64,000 bases of DNA from Octopus sinensis (Eukaryota): assembly GCF_006345805.1 (NCBI RefSeq), contig NC_042999.1:40486001-40550000 (forward strand), written 5' to 3'. This document shows positions 13,319-27,002 of this stretch, in pieces; positions within the stretch are counted from its first letter, which is position 1; each line of letters begins with the position of its first letter. Made by a program: the position numbers and the translations under genes. The notes below the pieces were generated by a model. It saw nothing but the letters and a program-made list of their open reading frames with translations, was not told the origin of the DNA and did no database searches.

Positions 13319-13675
13319 AATACCTCATTCCCTAAATGAAGCGCGTAAATAACATGACTGTCCAAACTCAAGATCTTTCGCGACACACCACTTTATGTGT
13401 GAATGTACCTGATGTGAACCAGACTGCAACATTGATGTAACATAGTATGATGCACAGCATCCCACCTATAATGGACAGTTGCAGAATAAGCTGAAATGAT
13501 CGTTGTACAAAATAAAGATCTATACTAATTCCATTACCTGTTCACGTAATCGATTATTACGTCCCTGCTGTATTCTTGGGTTATACTTATGTTTGAAAAT
13601 TACGCTTCATCTGTTCATTGCGGTTTTTTTTATTAATGGAGTAATGTTCTTATTCTTTTATTAAAAATATAAATA

Positions 13676-13901
13676 TTTCTTTACTCCCCACGAGGGGCTA
13701 AACATAGAGGGGACAAACAAGGACAGACAAAGGGATTAAGTCGATTACATCAACCCCAGTGCGTAACTGGTACTTAATTTATCGACCCCGAAAGGATGAA
13801 AGGTAAAGTCGAGCTCGGCGGAATTTGAACCCAGAACATAACGACAGACGAAATGCCGCTAAGCATTTCGCCCAGAGCGCTAACGCTTCTGCCAGCTCGC
13901 C
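13676..13901 (-). mobile_element. tRNA-derived SINE family B
   Basis: Head GGCGAGCTGGCAGAA, B-box GGGTTCAAATTCC, central CTTTCATCCTTTCGGGGTCGATAAATTAAGTACCAG. Confidence 0.92.
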
Positions 13902-15082
13902 AGCTCGAGCGAGATGAATCTATATAGTTTATTATTCACTCCGATCACTTAAAATTTGCCGCAGCATTATAAACAGTTATTTGTTGAGATTGGCATGTTC
14001 TATGACCGTTGTCATAGTTCGAAATTGTGACGATACGGGTATACCTGTTTTTTCAAATTATGATTCTTTTCGTTATTGGTAGTGGGGCTGAGAATATTTC
14101 CTCATTCCTCCGACTTCAATTAAAGTGTTCAATGAAAATTTGTGGTTGTAGTTCTTTCCTGACTGCTATTTTTAGCGTGCCAGTGCTACCTATGATACCC
14201 TTGATTATTAATTGAATATATGTGTATGTGTGTCTGGATATCTGTGTGTGTGTGTGTGTGTGTGCATATGTGGTTTGTGTGTATATATATATGTGTGTGT
14301 GTGTTATACATCATTCCACAGCAATATTAAAAATGACAAGAGAAAATTTATTGCTGGAGAGAATCCACGCTAGATGTAGACTAATATATTATAATATTCC
14401 ATTCGACACGTTGAACATGATGTGAGGCGAAATTTGAAATCCAGAAGTCCAAGACTTCGGGAAATTTTGGCAAAAATGCTTCAATCAATCAATATTATTG
14501 TTATCTAAATGTCTGTGTGTGTATGTGTGTGTGTGTATGCATAAGTGTACGGTGTGTGCGCGGGTGCGTTTGTATGTAGGCGTGTGTTGGTGTGGGTGTG
14601 CTCTAATATATTTTAGGATGGTCACTCTACCACAGAGAAGCACGCTTACTCGCTGTGGTTCACTTAATATCTGTTTATATTGTCAGAAATATTTCATCAC
14701 ACATCACATATAACCATAACCGTTTCAACTGTTTCAAATCCACCAGCCTAGGTTATGTTTTATATCTTTTATCTATATGTTGTCTCTGTCTGTCTGTCGG
14801 TCTCTCCCCGTCTCTCTCTCTCTCTCTCACACTTTTTTTCTTATTTTGGCAGTATGGCTCCTAAAATATAACACTACTTTCCACACATGGTTTCAACTCA
14901 AAATCTTTTCAAAGGAAATGCAAAAAATAATATATATTTATATGTGTGTGTGTGTGTATACATACTATATATACGTGTGTATATATATATGTATGTGTGT
15001 GTGTGTGAGTATATATATATACATATATATATGCATATATATATGCATATACCTATGTGTGTATATATATGTAAATATATGT

Positions 15083-15138
<56 letters not shown>

Positions 15139-15477
15139 TGAGAGAGAGAGAGAGAGATCGATCGATAGATAGATTGATAGATAGATAGATGAGTTGTGTG
15201 TGAATGTGCCACATTCACTCCATCGTTCTGTGAGCGTATGTGTTTGTGTTTGTGTATGAGTGTGTGTGTGTGTCTGTGTGTGTGTGTGTGTTGTGTGTGT
15301 GTGTGTTGTGTGTGTGTGAGAGAGAGAGCGAGAGTATATCAATACGTAGATAAGTTAAAAAAATATTTACGACATCGTTCTCAGAGGACATATCGTAGTC
15401 GCTCATTTAATTTTATGTCCTTGTATATCTGTCTCTATCGACCTCACTCTATCACTGCTCACCTCCTTTCTCTCCCC

Positions 15478-15508
<31 letters not shown>

Positions 15509-15609
15509 ACTGTCTCACCCTGTCCCTCACAAATTTGTATTGAGAAACGCCTGTACACTTCCATACACATATTCATTCGTTGATACACACAGATACATAT
15601 ATTGATAAT

Positions 15610-15965
15610 GACTGCTGTTTAACTTGCTTCCCAAATATATGGTTCTGGGTTCAATTCCACAGCGTGGAATTCTAATTTAGCCCCAGCCTCAATAAAATTT
15701 TGTGAGTGGATGCGGGAGACAGAATGTATGTATAGAATACATAGGTATGTATGATATATACAGGCGTGTATGTAACCATGTGTGAACGTCTTTCTGTCTC
15801 CAACCATTAACTGCTCTTAGTTTTCTCATCTCCCCATAACCTGGTGGTTCGGCAACAGGGACCAAAAAATTAAATACAAGATTTTACATATAAAAAAGTA
15901 CAGAGGTCGATTCATTTGCCTAAAACCCTTGAAGGTGTTCCAGCATGGCCACATTCCGATTATGA
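15610..15965 (+). mobile_element. Old diverged SINE family A copy
   Basis: Remnants ggttctgggttcaattcc, gtgagtggat, ggttcggcaa, ccagcatggcc. Confidence 0.65.
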
Positions 15966-16081
15966 AGACAACTTCTTACATAAAACATATTTATATCTGT
16001 ATATGTGCATGTCTCTATATATGTTTACCTATCAATTTTATATATGTGCATATATGTGTGTGTATGTTAGTGCTAGTGTAT

Positions 16082-16112
<31 letters not shown>

Positions 16113-16183
16113 GTGTGTTGGTAGGTACGTAGGTAGTAAGATAGGCAGGTAGGTTGGTATCTATACACACACATGCTTACATA

Positions 16184-16247
<64 letters not shown>

Positions 16248-16656
16248 TGTAATGTGCATGACGTTACTCATCTTTGCTTTGTGTAGCGCAATATTATATT
16301 TATAGAAAAATTATGTTGTCAAAGCATTTGGCAGATAGAATACTGTGGTTTTATAGCTTTTGGTGAAATGAGATAGAACACAAAATATAACAAACTGTTT
16401 GCGAAACTTACTTTGCAATATAACATACATAACAAGTGGTTGTTTATACGTTGGACAGTGACGTTAAATACAAGCTGAATTGCCTGCATGGCAATAAGTA
16501 TGTAATACGTATGTACGGGTGAGTGCGTTTTTGTGTGTCTGGATGTATACATTCCTGCACACATATATAGAGACACACATACAAAAATAGATATATTTAC
16601 CACACAACTACGCCTGTGCCTCTCTATCTCTCTCTCTATATATATATACATATATA

Positions 16657-17075
16657 GGCGCATGCGAGGCTGTATGGTAAGAAGCTTCTTTCCCAATCAC
16701 ATAGTTCTGGGTTCAGTCCCACTGTATGTCACCTTCGGCAAGTGTCTCGTCTACTATAGCCTTGGGGTGACCAAAGACTTGAGAGTGAACCCGGTAGACG
16801 TAAACGGAAAGAATCCCGTCGTATATATGTATATATGTATATATATATATATGTGTGTGTGTGTATGTTTTTGTGTCTGTGTCTGTCCCCCTCTCTAACA
16901 TTGCTTAACAACCGATGCTGGTGTGTTTACGTCCCTATCACCTAGCGGTTCGGCAAGAGAGACCCATAGAATAAGTACTAGGCTTACAAAGAATAAGTCC
17001 TGGGGTCGATATGCTCGAATAAAGACGGTGCTCCAGCATAGCCACAGTCAAATGACTGAAACGATAGAATGTAAG
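16657..17075 (+). mobile_element. SINE family A, full length, followed by a 3' fragment at about 17170-17300
   Basis: Collinear similarity to 12909-13318. Confidence 0.92.
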
Positions 17076-18162
17076 TATATGTTTGATTTAGTGTGTGTAT
17101 TTGTGCGTGCGGGTTGGTGTGTGTGTGCGTGTGTGTGTGTGTGTGTGTTTGTGTATATGTATGTGTGTATTTTTCCCAATCACTGCTTGACAACAAGCGA
17201 TGATTTTTGCGTCACTGTTACCTAGCGGTTCGGCAAAAGGGGGATATTATGATCAGTACCACGCTTAGAAACTTTGAATACTAGGGTAGATTCATTAAAA
17301 GATTAACGATAAAAAAAACATAAAGAATATACATATGTGTAAGAGAGAGGGGGGAGAGTGATGGAGACAGAGACAGACAGACAGGCAAGCAGACAAAGAA
17401 AGAATGAAGGATGTATGTACGGTTTATTTGTGAATGTCTATTTTGTGTACATTCTGTTCGATCTCTATGTATGGTATATTTTAACATTTGTATGAATGCG
17501 TTTTTTTTTTTTTTTTGTGTGTGAACTTCCTACTGTCACATGAAGCCAGCAATTCCAGAAATGGTGGACATATTTTTTTCACACTCTTGTTAATGGAAGT
17601 GGCCAATTATTCATAAGAGATACATTCTTAGAAATCGTACTACCATCACTTGAACACAATTTATGTTGTGTTTTGTTTTTCTGTCACTGATTTATTTATG
17701 CCACTCCAGTTCATCTTATGCAATCTCTTAGCTTCCGTTAGGTCATATATTTGTATATGTATGTTTAGATAATCAAGTGATTATTTGTGTGTGTGTCTGT
17801 GTGTGTGTGAGTATATATGTGTCCATGCATGTGTGAGCGTGTATGTACATGTGTGACTATATGTATGTGCATATGTGTATGTGTATTTGTGTGCGTGAAG
17901 ATTATATTAAGTGGTGCACAAATTATATATATCAAGAAAAGGAAGAGTTTTGAATAATTATTTATTTAGCGCTTTCATTTCGTTCCAGAGAATCATCTTG
18001 AATGCTTTTTTTTACAGAAAATGTATGCCTTTTATATATATGCGAGTTATTTGAAAAAAAAAATCGAGAGTTGAGTTAGGAAAAGAATATTCTTTGTTAT
18101 TGTGAATCTATAGAGGTGTGTATATTTATTTAGACATACACATACATACATACATACATACA

Positions 18163-18196
<34 letters not shown>

Positions 18197-18391
18197 CATA
18201 TTTATACTGATTTAAGGTAACAAAGTTCAATTTCTTCTCAATTCAATCCCAATGACATTCAACTAACCCGTTTATAAAAGACATAAATTTTCTGTTAAAA
18301 ACTAATTAATGAGGAATCTTTCAAAAGATGAAAACACTAAATAAATACTTATCATGACAACTTTCTTTATATACATACATACACACACGCG

Positions 18392-18422
<31 letters not shown>

Positions 18423-19301
18423 AAACAACACACACACACACACACACACATACACACACACATAGATGCATATCTCTCTATCTATCTATATACACACTAT
18501 TTATGCCGTGCCCGACGATCTTGCTAGGACACCACAGGTGTTAGAGAGTACTGTATTGCATGCTCTCAACACATGAAACTAACATTATTCCATAGAATTA
18601 TATATTATATTTATTAAATAATGTTTAACTCTCACCAGCTGAACTACGTTTTTGTTGATTTTACCATCACGGAACAGTACACTGCGTATATATGTGTGCG
18701 TGTGTGAGAGAGATAGTATACATATATTTGCATATGTATTTAAGTGTGTATGTCATCATGTATATATGCATTATTTTGTGTGATACAACTTTATTCGTTT
18801 GAAAAACAATTTCGAACTCCCTATCATATTTTTAATGTCTCTCTAGGGAAGCCTTTTGCAGTAGTTTTACCACCACTTCTATTCTTATTCAATGTGTTGT
18901 CAGGAGTATTAGTGCAACTTTCTCTGTCTCCCCCTTGTTGCCGATGTGATCGTCTGCGAGACCCCCCAAGATAACTTTCAGATTGGTCGGCCATAGGCAG
19001 ACAACCGGTTTAGGTTCATCCCCTAATTTAAATACCATATAAACAGTGTCGTCGAAAACTCCTGATAGACCAGTCCCAGATTTGTAAGACTCATTTCTTT
19101 CCTCCTCCGCCTTTCCTGTAGGCCATGTATCATTTACAGGTTGCCTCGGAGTTCTACAACAACACTTAGCAACTGTTTTCAAAAGACAAAACTAAAATGA
19201 CGGGGGAGAGAAAGAAAGTAAATACTGACTGGGCTTTTTTTATAAAGAAAGGTTCCAAGTTGTTGGTCAAGTTTTTTTTTTTTTATTCCAAACACAGATG
19301 A

Positions 19302-19532
19302 TCACAGCGGGAAGTGCGCATGCGCCACCTCATCACCAAACTTCCTTCCGCTAGCCACCCTTTTTCTGTCCAGTATATATATATCGTGTCCTTCTTCAGC
19401 AATGGGATGGAAGTAACCATCATCTGATATGGAACTGACAACGCTTTGGTTATCAGGTGTGTCAATTTCATCGTCACTCGAGGGACGTGATCCAGCCCCT
19501 CTTCGACCTGTTTTTCTTTTTCCCTTGGGCAT
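19302..19532 (-). pseudogene. IFRD1: IFRD1-like 5' coding fragment (about 50 homologous codons, then unrelated sequence to a stop)
   Basis: MPKGKRKTGRRGAGSRPSSDDEIDTPDNQSVVSSISDD...AEEG fits the IFRD1/2 N-terminal pattern as I recall it (basic MPK.K.K start, SD.E, DN.SV.S..S, AEDG/AEEG). No good GT donor follows and the conserved KLK..ID...KSAK segment is absent. Confidence 0.55.
19305..19375 (+). promoter_or_regulatory. Core-promoter-like motif cluster (E2F-like, ETS-like, NRF1 palindrome, pyrimidine initiator)
   Basis: GCGGGAA 19307-19313, GGAAGT 19310-19315, TGCGCATGCGCC 19315-19326, CTTCCTTCCG 19341-19350. Motif match only. Confidence 0.3.
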
Positions 19533-20518
19533 TATTCTCCTATATGTTGTGTCCTGCTATAGCTAAAAGATCTTACTAATTGGTCAGACGTGCGTATATG
19601 GAAGTCAGATTCATATAAGTAATAGAATTTGTTGATTTTGTTGGTGAGGAACATACACATGGTTCGTACAATGTATTGAAATTATATGAAATGTGAAAAC
19701 AACGGGGCAAGCAATAAATAGGTTAGTTGCATAGCTGATAGATTATAAAGAAATAGTATTAAATTTCTTTCTAAAAATATGGAAATATGCATGAGGACGG
19801 AACAGAAAAAAAACCTACTACGTACTTTAAACAATAGATTTAATGTCAAACTTAACAGGCTAACTTTTTTCCGCGACAGTTCTCTTAGCAAGAGACAATC
19901 GGTGCTTTATAAATTTATGAAAAGAGTGCATGTAACCGTAAACAATAAAAAAATTTGTAGGAACATTCACGAAATGTTTGTAAATATTATATCATCCTCA
20001 CATATAAGTAATGATATTGTCTTGCTTTGTTTTCGTATCTTGTTAAACAGCGTGTGAAATATTTTATTGAATATTGTGGAATATATATTGTGAAATATTG
20101 TGTTAAATATTTTGTTAATTATTTTACTTTTCAGATATTTTAATGAAAATAACTTCTAGAAGCCATATTTTTTCAAAGACACATTCAGTAAGAGTTTCGA
20201 AACCTACTAAACATGCGTTTTCATGAAAAACAAAAAGTTATATTTAACTTTTTTTTTTTATTTTTCCATATATTTCTAAGAAGAAATAAACTTACTGTTG
20301 ATGTAAATTTAAAATTGATTTATGAAAACCATCTTCAGAAATATATACAGCTTACGTAAACATATCTGCAGACATCTAGATACATTATAATACGAATTTA
20401 TAGGGAACCAAATAAACATACAGAAATTTCAATTTTATTGTTGCGGTACTTTCCTCGTACCAAACTCGTCAAGTTGTTTGCATATAACATGTAACATTGA
20501 TAGAAGTTATTAAAATGC

Positions 20519-20582
20519 AATAATAATAATAATAATATAATAATAATGATGATGATGATGATGAAGATGATGATGATGATGT

Positions 20583-20640
<58 letters not shown>

Positions 20641-20650
20641 AATAATGATG

Positions 20651-20695
<45 letters not shown>

Positions 20696-20696
20696 T
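20519..20696. repeat. Compound (AAT)n(GAT)n(AAT)n microsatellite
   Basis: Direct reading. Confidence 0.97.
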
Positions 20697-20721
20697 TTTT
20701 CCGCAAATAAAGAAACAAATG

Positions 20722-21350
20722 AGTATTAATATTAGTTTCATATTTTGATACAAGGCCAGCAATTTTGAGAGAGGGAGCTCGTCGATTACGTCGACCCCAG
20801 TAACCAACTGGTACCTAATTTATCGACCCCGAAACGATGAAAGGCAAAGTCAACCTCGGCGGAATTTGAACTCAGAACGTAAAGATAGACGAAATACCGC
20901 TAAACATTTAGCCCGGCATGCAAACGATTCTTCTTTCTTTATTGCCCACAAGGGGCTAAACATAGATGAGACAAACAAGGACAGACAAACGGCTTAAGTC
21001 GATCACATCGACCCCAGTACGTAACTGGTACTTAATTTATCGACCGAGAAAGGATGACAGGCGAAGTCGACCTCGGCGGAATTTGAACTCAGAACGTAGC
21101 GGCGGCAGACGAAATACCCATTTCTTTACAACCCACAAGGAGCTAAACATAGAGGAGACAAACAAGGACAGACAAACGGATTAAGTCGATCACATCGACC
21201 CCAGTGCGTAACTGGTACTTAATTTATCGACCGAGAAAGGATGACAGGCAAAGTCAACCTCGGCAGAATTCGAACTCAGAACGCAGCGGCGGACGAGATA
21301 CCACAAAATATTTCTCCTGTCATCCAAACGATTCTACCAGCTCATCACCT
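20722..21350 (-). mobile_element. Three tandem SINE family B copies (20722-20930, 20931-21120, 21121-21350)
   Basis: Three repeats of ctggtac.taatttatcgacc..aaagtc.acctcggc.gaatt.gaactcagaacg. Confidence 0.93.
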
Positions 21351-21382
21351 TAGAATGTTTACTAATAATTAAGTTCGTTTTT

Positions 21383-21560
21383 AAGGCAGTGAACTGGCAG
21401 AGTCGTTTCTACGTCCGACAAAATGCTTAGCGGCATTCCGTGTGTCTTTACGTTCTCGGTTTCAATGCCGCCGTGATCGACTTTGCTTTTCATCCTCTCT
21501 GGATCGATAAAATAAGTACCCAAAATTCACTGGCCTTGTGCCAAACCGTGAAACTAAAAT
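21383..21560 (+). mobile_element. SINE family B, head-to-head with the previous copy
   Basis: gaactggcagagtcg..cgactttgcttttcatcc..gataaaataagtacc. Confidence 0.85.
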
Positions 21561-23834
21561 TTAAGTTCGTTTTGCAATCTACTTACTGAAAGGTTGAGTG
21601 TCCATAAATTACTTCTACAATTTCAAAAGTTCAGCAGAACTAATGAAAAATAAGGATGCTTTGTTGTAAAACATAGACGAACAAGTAAATTGTTATTTAT
21701 AATATCAGAACAATTTTATATGGGCCCCATTTCTTTAAAGTCACACGTCTAGTCGATAAACTGTGGAAGTTGTAAAGATAATTTGTGAATACACTGTAAT
21801 TCCTACATCTAGTTGGTGAGTAATATCTTGGTACTTTCAGAGCAGTGTAATGGTGGTTACAGTATTCAATTATTTGTTACTACGTTGCCACTTGAAATTA
21901 CATCAAGGACAACTTTCTTTTTACACTTTGGTTTATTAAAATTAAGAAATAGATAAATATAGGATTCTATATAGTCGACTATATTCTATCTGAAATGTAA
22001 GGCTTTATACCAATGTCAGAAATGCATTTTCGTATTGTAAAGCTGAGGCTCTGCAGAATCGATAAAACGTCTAACGAAAGACCCTTGCAGTAAATCTTTA
22101 TTGCAGAACTGTCGGAAATGTTAGTCTTGTAGTCTTAACTGATTTATCCTATGATGTCTCGTCCTTTTATCTTAAGAGCTCTAATGCCACAGGGTCAACT
22201 TCAGTTTATATATATTTCATAGACGTTCGAATAAGTGGTAGAAAGATATGGAGATTCGGAAATCAATCTATTTAACTACACCTGACTCCCATAAATACAG
22301 TGACGAAATAAGAAAGCTGCTTTTCGACATGTAAATTACTCTGGTTAAGAGAAGTAAATGTGTGCTGGCCTGAATTATTTGCAATTTGGGACTCCTATAT
22401 ATATCATTTCAAATCCTTCATAGTCAGCATATACATTGCCTTCGAAGCTTGTTGATAACATAGAGTGTATTTTCAAAGTTCATTTTACATTTATATGAAA
22501 TATTTTTCGTACGATTCGTTCTTACATATCTTTAGTATCTTTGGTATTTTGTAATAAATATCTGTGTATATTAAGATGCTCAACTGATCTGAAGCGACCT
22601 CGGCTGCTCTACTAAAGTTTTACAACAAAGCAATCTATAAGCCAACATCATAGCAGGTTCGTTGCTAACCACACTAAAATATTAATATCCATTTTTATGT
22701 TGTGGGGACCAAAGTTAGTTTGTTGATTATAATTCCATTTATACTAGACAAGTATCGTTTCTGAACAATTTGACAAGTCTGCAAAGCAAAAATAAACCTA
22801 ACAATAACATCGACTATGTTTTCGATTATTCTGTTAGTTTTTGTTTACGTAAATGCCGCGAGGACATTTGAATTACCATGTATATTTTAATGATATAATA
22901 TTAATATACGACTTCAACAACAAAATTGGGTTCTGTCAGAATTTCTTTTTAATGACTACTTTAATACGATACAATTATTCTACCTATAATTATTATCTTA
23001 AGAATAGAATGTGGTTTTATGTGAGTTTGACGTTTAGCATTATGTTAGAGTAGTCAGTGTTTTATCAGCAGACATTTACGTAGTACAGAGACGATATTTG
23101 ATATATTGATATTCCCAAGATTGAAAGTCTGCAAAGGTTTTCACGTTTTCCTGTGACAAATTATTGAATATCAATGAAATCCAATTTCCTAGTGTAGCTC
23201 TATTATCAACCAACTTATTGCAAATATCAATGGAGATGGGGGAGATTACTTGTAGATTACTTCGAAATTAATTGGAGATTGATTAGTTACTGGAATAAAT
23301 CTTAAACCGGTTATAGAACAATCCAACTACAAACAGCAGGTCACCATAGAATTTACTCAATGAGGATGCAACATTAGTTTAAAATGGAGGCGTTGGGTGA
23401 AGAGATAGAAGAAGTGGCATAGTGTTGCACAAAATATCTTGTGATACAAAACGGTATTTCAATATGTTCTGTGTTCACTTTTCAACGAGTTTAGTTTTAC
23501 TTTCGATTTCCTCTGATGTGTAGTATTAGGCCAAGCTGATAAAATCACTTACAAGTCGGCATATCTTTCAGTTCCTTACGCTCTAAGTTAGAACTCCGCA
23601 AAAGCATCTTTCTCTTTTGTCCTTTTTAGATCGAATAAAATACCAGTCGCGTACTGAATGCCATGTAATTGATTGATTAATCCTCGCTTCCAAAAAATTT
23701 CTGGCCTTCTCCAAAAATTTGTAACAATTATTAGCATTCTGATTATTCAACTATAAATTTAAATCACTTTTGAATCTACTTTGTCTTTCATTCTCCCAGG
23801 GTTTAATATAAAAAGAGAAACTTATATACCTTAT

Positions 23835-24192
23835 TGTGAAGGCGCATGGCTCAGTGGTTAGAGCGTCGAGCTTACGATCGTGAGGCTGTGAGCTCGAATC
23901 CCGGACCGGGCTGCGTGTTGTGTTCTTGAGCAAGGCACTTTATATCACGTTGCTCCAGTTCACTCAGCTGTAGAAATGAGTTGCGACGTCACTGGTGCCA
24001 AGCTGGATTGGCCTTTGCCTTTCCCTTGGATAACACTGATGGCGTGGAGAGGGGAGGCTGGTATGCATGGGCGACTGCTGGTCTTCCATAAACAACCTTG
24101 CCCGGACTTGTGTCTAGGAGGGTAACTTTCTAGGTGCAATCCCATGGTCTGTGTCGTGACCGAAGGGGGTCTTTACCCTTTACCTTTACCCT
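23835..24192 (+). mobile_element. tRNA-derived CORE-type SINE family C, with 13-bp TSD
   Basis: A-box TGGCTCAGTGG, B-box GCTCGAATCCC, CORE-like gtgttcttgagcaaggcacttt..cagctgtagaaatgag, (CTTTAC)n tail; TSD TTATATACCTTAT at 23822-23834 and 24193-24205. Confidence 0.92.
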
Positions 24193-24889
24193 TTATATAC
24201 CTTATATGTTATGCTGGTATAAAAATGTCTGATATTGCGACGCATTTTGTTACTTTCTTCCTGGTTTGGTATCTTCATGTGTTGCTTAAGTTGAGTTCAT
24301 TCCATTGACGCTTTCCCTACAAGTAATTCTTTCTACGTACTTGAAAATAACAACAGCTTACACACTCTCATATGCTCTCTCCCGTTTTCTACCACCCTCA
24401 TCTCTCGTTAAAAAGTTGCCTGTCATTTTATGACAGCATAAAGAAATTGGGAAAATTAATTGCAAATAGTTGCTTCAGTTTGTTTTTCAAGTTGTATGTA
24501 TTCCACAGTAATCTTTCTCGAATCATTTCTATACGACATACATGAGAGTTGAATGATGGAGATGAAGACAATGATTTATTTACAAGTTTATCGCTCATTC
24601 TCATTTATAAGGCTGCTTCTGACTAGTTTTGAATGTCTTCAGAAATTCAACTTCACAGTTGTTAGTGCTTCAATTGCTATTCGTGACAGCTATGTTTCAA
24701 ACAAATGTTGAAATCTTTGAACATGTTAGTTTGTAAATGATCTATTGTTGAGTAAAAATTCATTCCACTTATATTTTACCGTTCATTGTCATTGACAGAA
24801 AGATTTTCACGGTTTTTTAATGCAAAGACTCAGTGGAGTAAGGAGAATACTTCTTTTTAAATGTTTCACAAGTTTAGATATGTATAGAT

Positions 24890-25630
<741 letters not shown>

Positions 25631-26320
25631 GGAAGGGGGGATAAGGAGAGCAAATGAGGGAGGCAGGTGTTACCGCGTATATACGTGGATAGCTAGATGC
25701 ATAAATATATACACGTATCGGATATGTATGTGAGGATATAGGTAGATGCGTACATGCGTATGTAAGTTGGTATCTAATTGGGCTAATAGGAATATTGTTG
25801 TGAGGGTGGGACGTTTCGTAAACAGATATGTAAATAGGTAGAATGATCGGTGTACGTGTAGTATTTGAGATGATAAATGTAAGTCAGTGTAAAATTTTAA
25901 CGTAATACAATTGAACCATTCTAATTCCCAACTATTGTTGAAGACTTGCCAAACATCTCAATTAAAGATGCTGGTTAATACTATATACTGAGAATTTTTA
26001 CAATCATTATTTGCATCCATTGCAAAAATAAATAGACTCACCAATCGCTGACACGCTTGTTTATATGAGTCATGAATTACGCTAAGTGTTGAATATGTCA
26101 AAAACCAATGATTCTAGAATTAGATTTGTTTTTTTTTTTGTTTTGTTTTGTTTTTTACTCACTGAGTATTTTTTTGATATTTCCGGGAACAACGTTTTAA
26201 CAAGTTATTTGAGAGACGAATTGGCATCTGCGATAATATTTTATATACGATATTGTCACATGAATGTAGCCTGTGTAAAAGTGATAAATATTAAATATAG
26301 CTTAATATTTTGAAGCTAGA

Positions 26321-26532
26321 GAAGGCGTTGAGTTGGCAGAATGGTTTTCATGTCGGAAAAAATTCTTAGCAGCGCTTATTCCGGTATTACTGTTCTGAGT
26401 TGAAATGCCAGCAGGGTCGACTTTGGCTTTTATCCTTGCGAGGTCGTCAAAATAAATACTAGTCAAACACTGGAGTCGATGTAAACATACCCTCTCCCGA
26501 AAATTGTTGGCATTTTGCCAAAATTTGAAACC
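26321..26532 (+). mobile_element. SINE family B with 17-bp TSD
   Basis: AATATTT(T/C)GAAGCTAGA at 26304-26320 and 26533-26549. Confidence 0.9.
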
Positions 26533-26555
26533 AATATTTCGAAGCTAGATACAAT

Positions 26556-26980
26556 GCGTAGGAGTAGCTGTGTGGTAAGTAGCTTGCTTACCAACTACAT
26601 GTTTCCGGGTTCAGTCCCACTGCGTGGCACCTTGGGCAAGTGTCTTCTACTATAGCCTCGAGCCGACCAAAGCCTAGTGAGTGGATTTCGTAGACGGAAA
26701 CTGAAAGAAGCCCGTCGTATATATGTATATATATATAAGTGTGTGTGTGTATATGTTTGTGTGCATGTGTTTGTGTGTCTGTGTTTGTCCCCCCAACATC
26801 ACTTGACAACCGATGCTGGTGTGTTTACGTCCCCGTAACTTGGTGGTTCGGCAAAAGAGACCGATAGAATAAGTACTAGGCTTACAAAGAATAAGTCCTG
26901 GGGCCGATTTGCTCGACTAAAAGGTGGTGCTCCAGCATGGCCACAGTCTAATGACTGAAACAGGTAAAAGAGTAAAAGAG
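26556..26980 (+). mobile_element. SINE family A, full length
   Basis: Collinear with 12909-13318. Confidence 0.95.
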
Positions 26981-27002
26981 ATAGTAAAGAGTTATGCATA
27001 TA

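Noticed and set aside
17905-17990. mariner-TIR-like TATTAAGTGGTGCACAAATT (also about 52030-52050, minus)
   Set aside because: No partner TIR or transposase remnant could be identified.
23835-23910. tRNA-like sequences (also 7921, 44032, 50708, 63930)
   Set aside because: These are SINE heads with A/B boxes but no complete cloverleaf, and they continue into repeat bodies.
24400-24790. Possible hAT transposase relic (FYSTID, FPN) on the minus strand
   Set aside because: Only short word matches; the dimerisation motif was not found.
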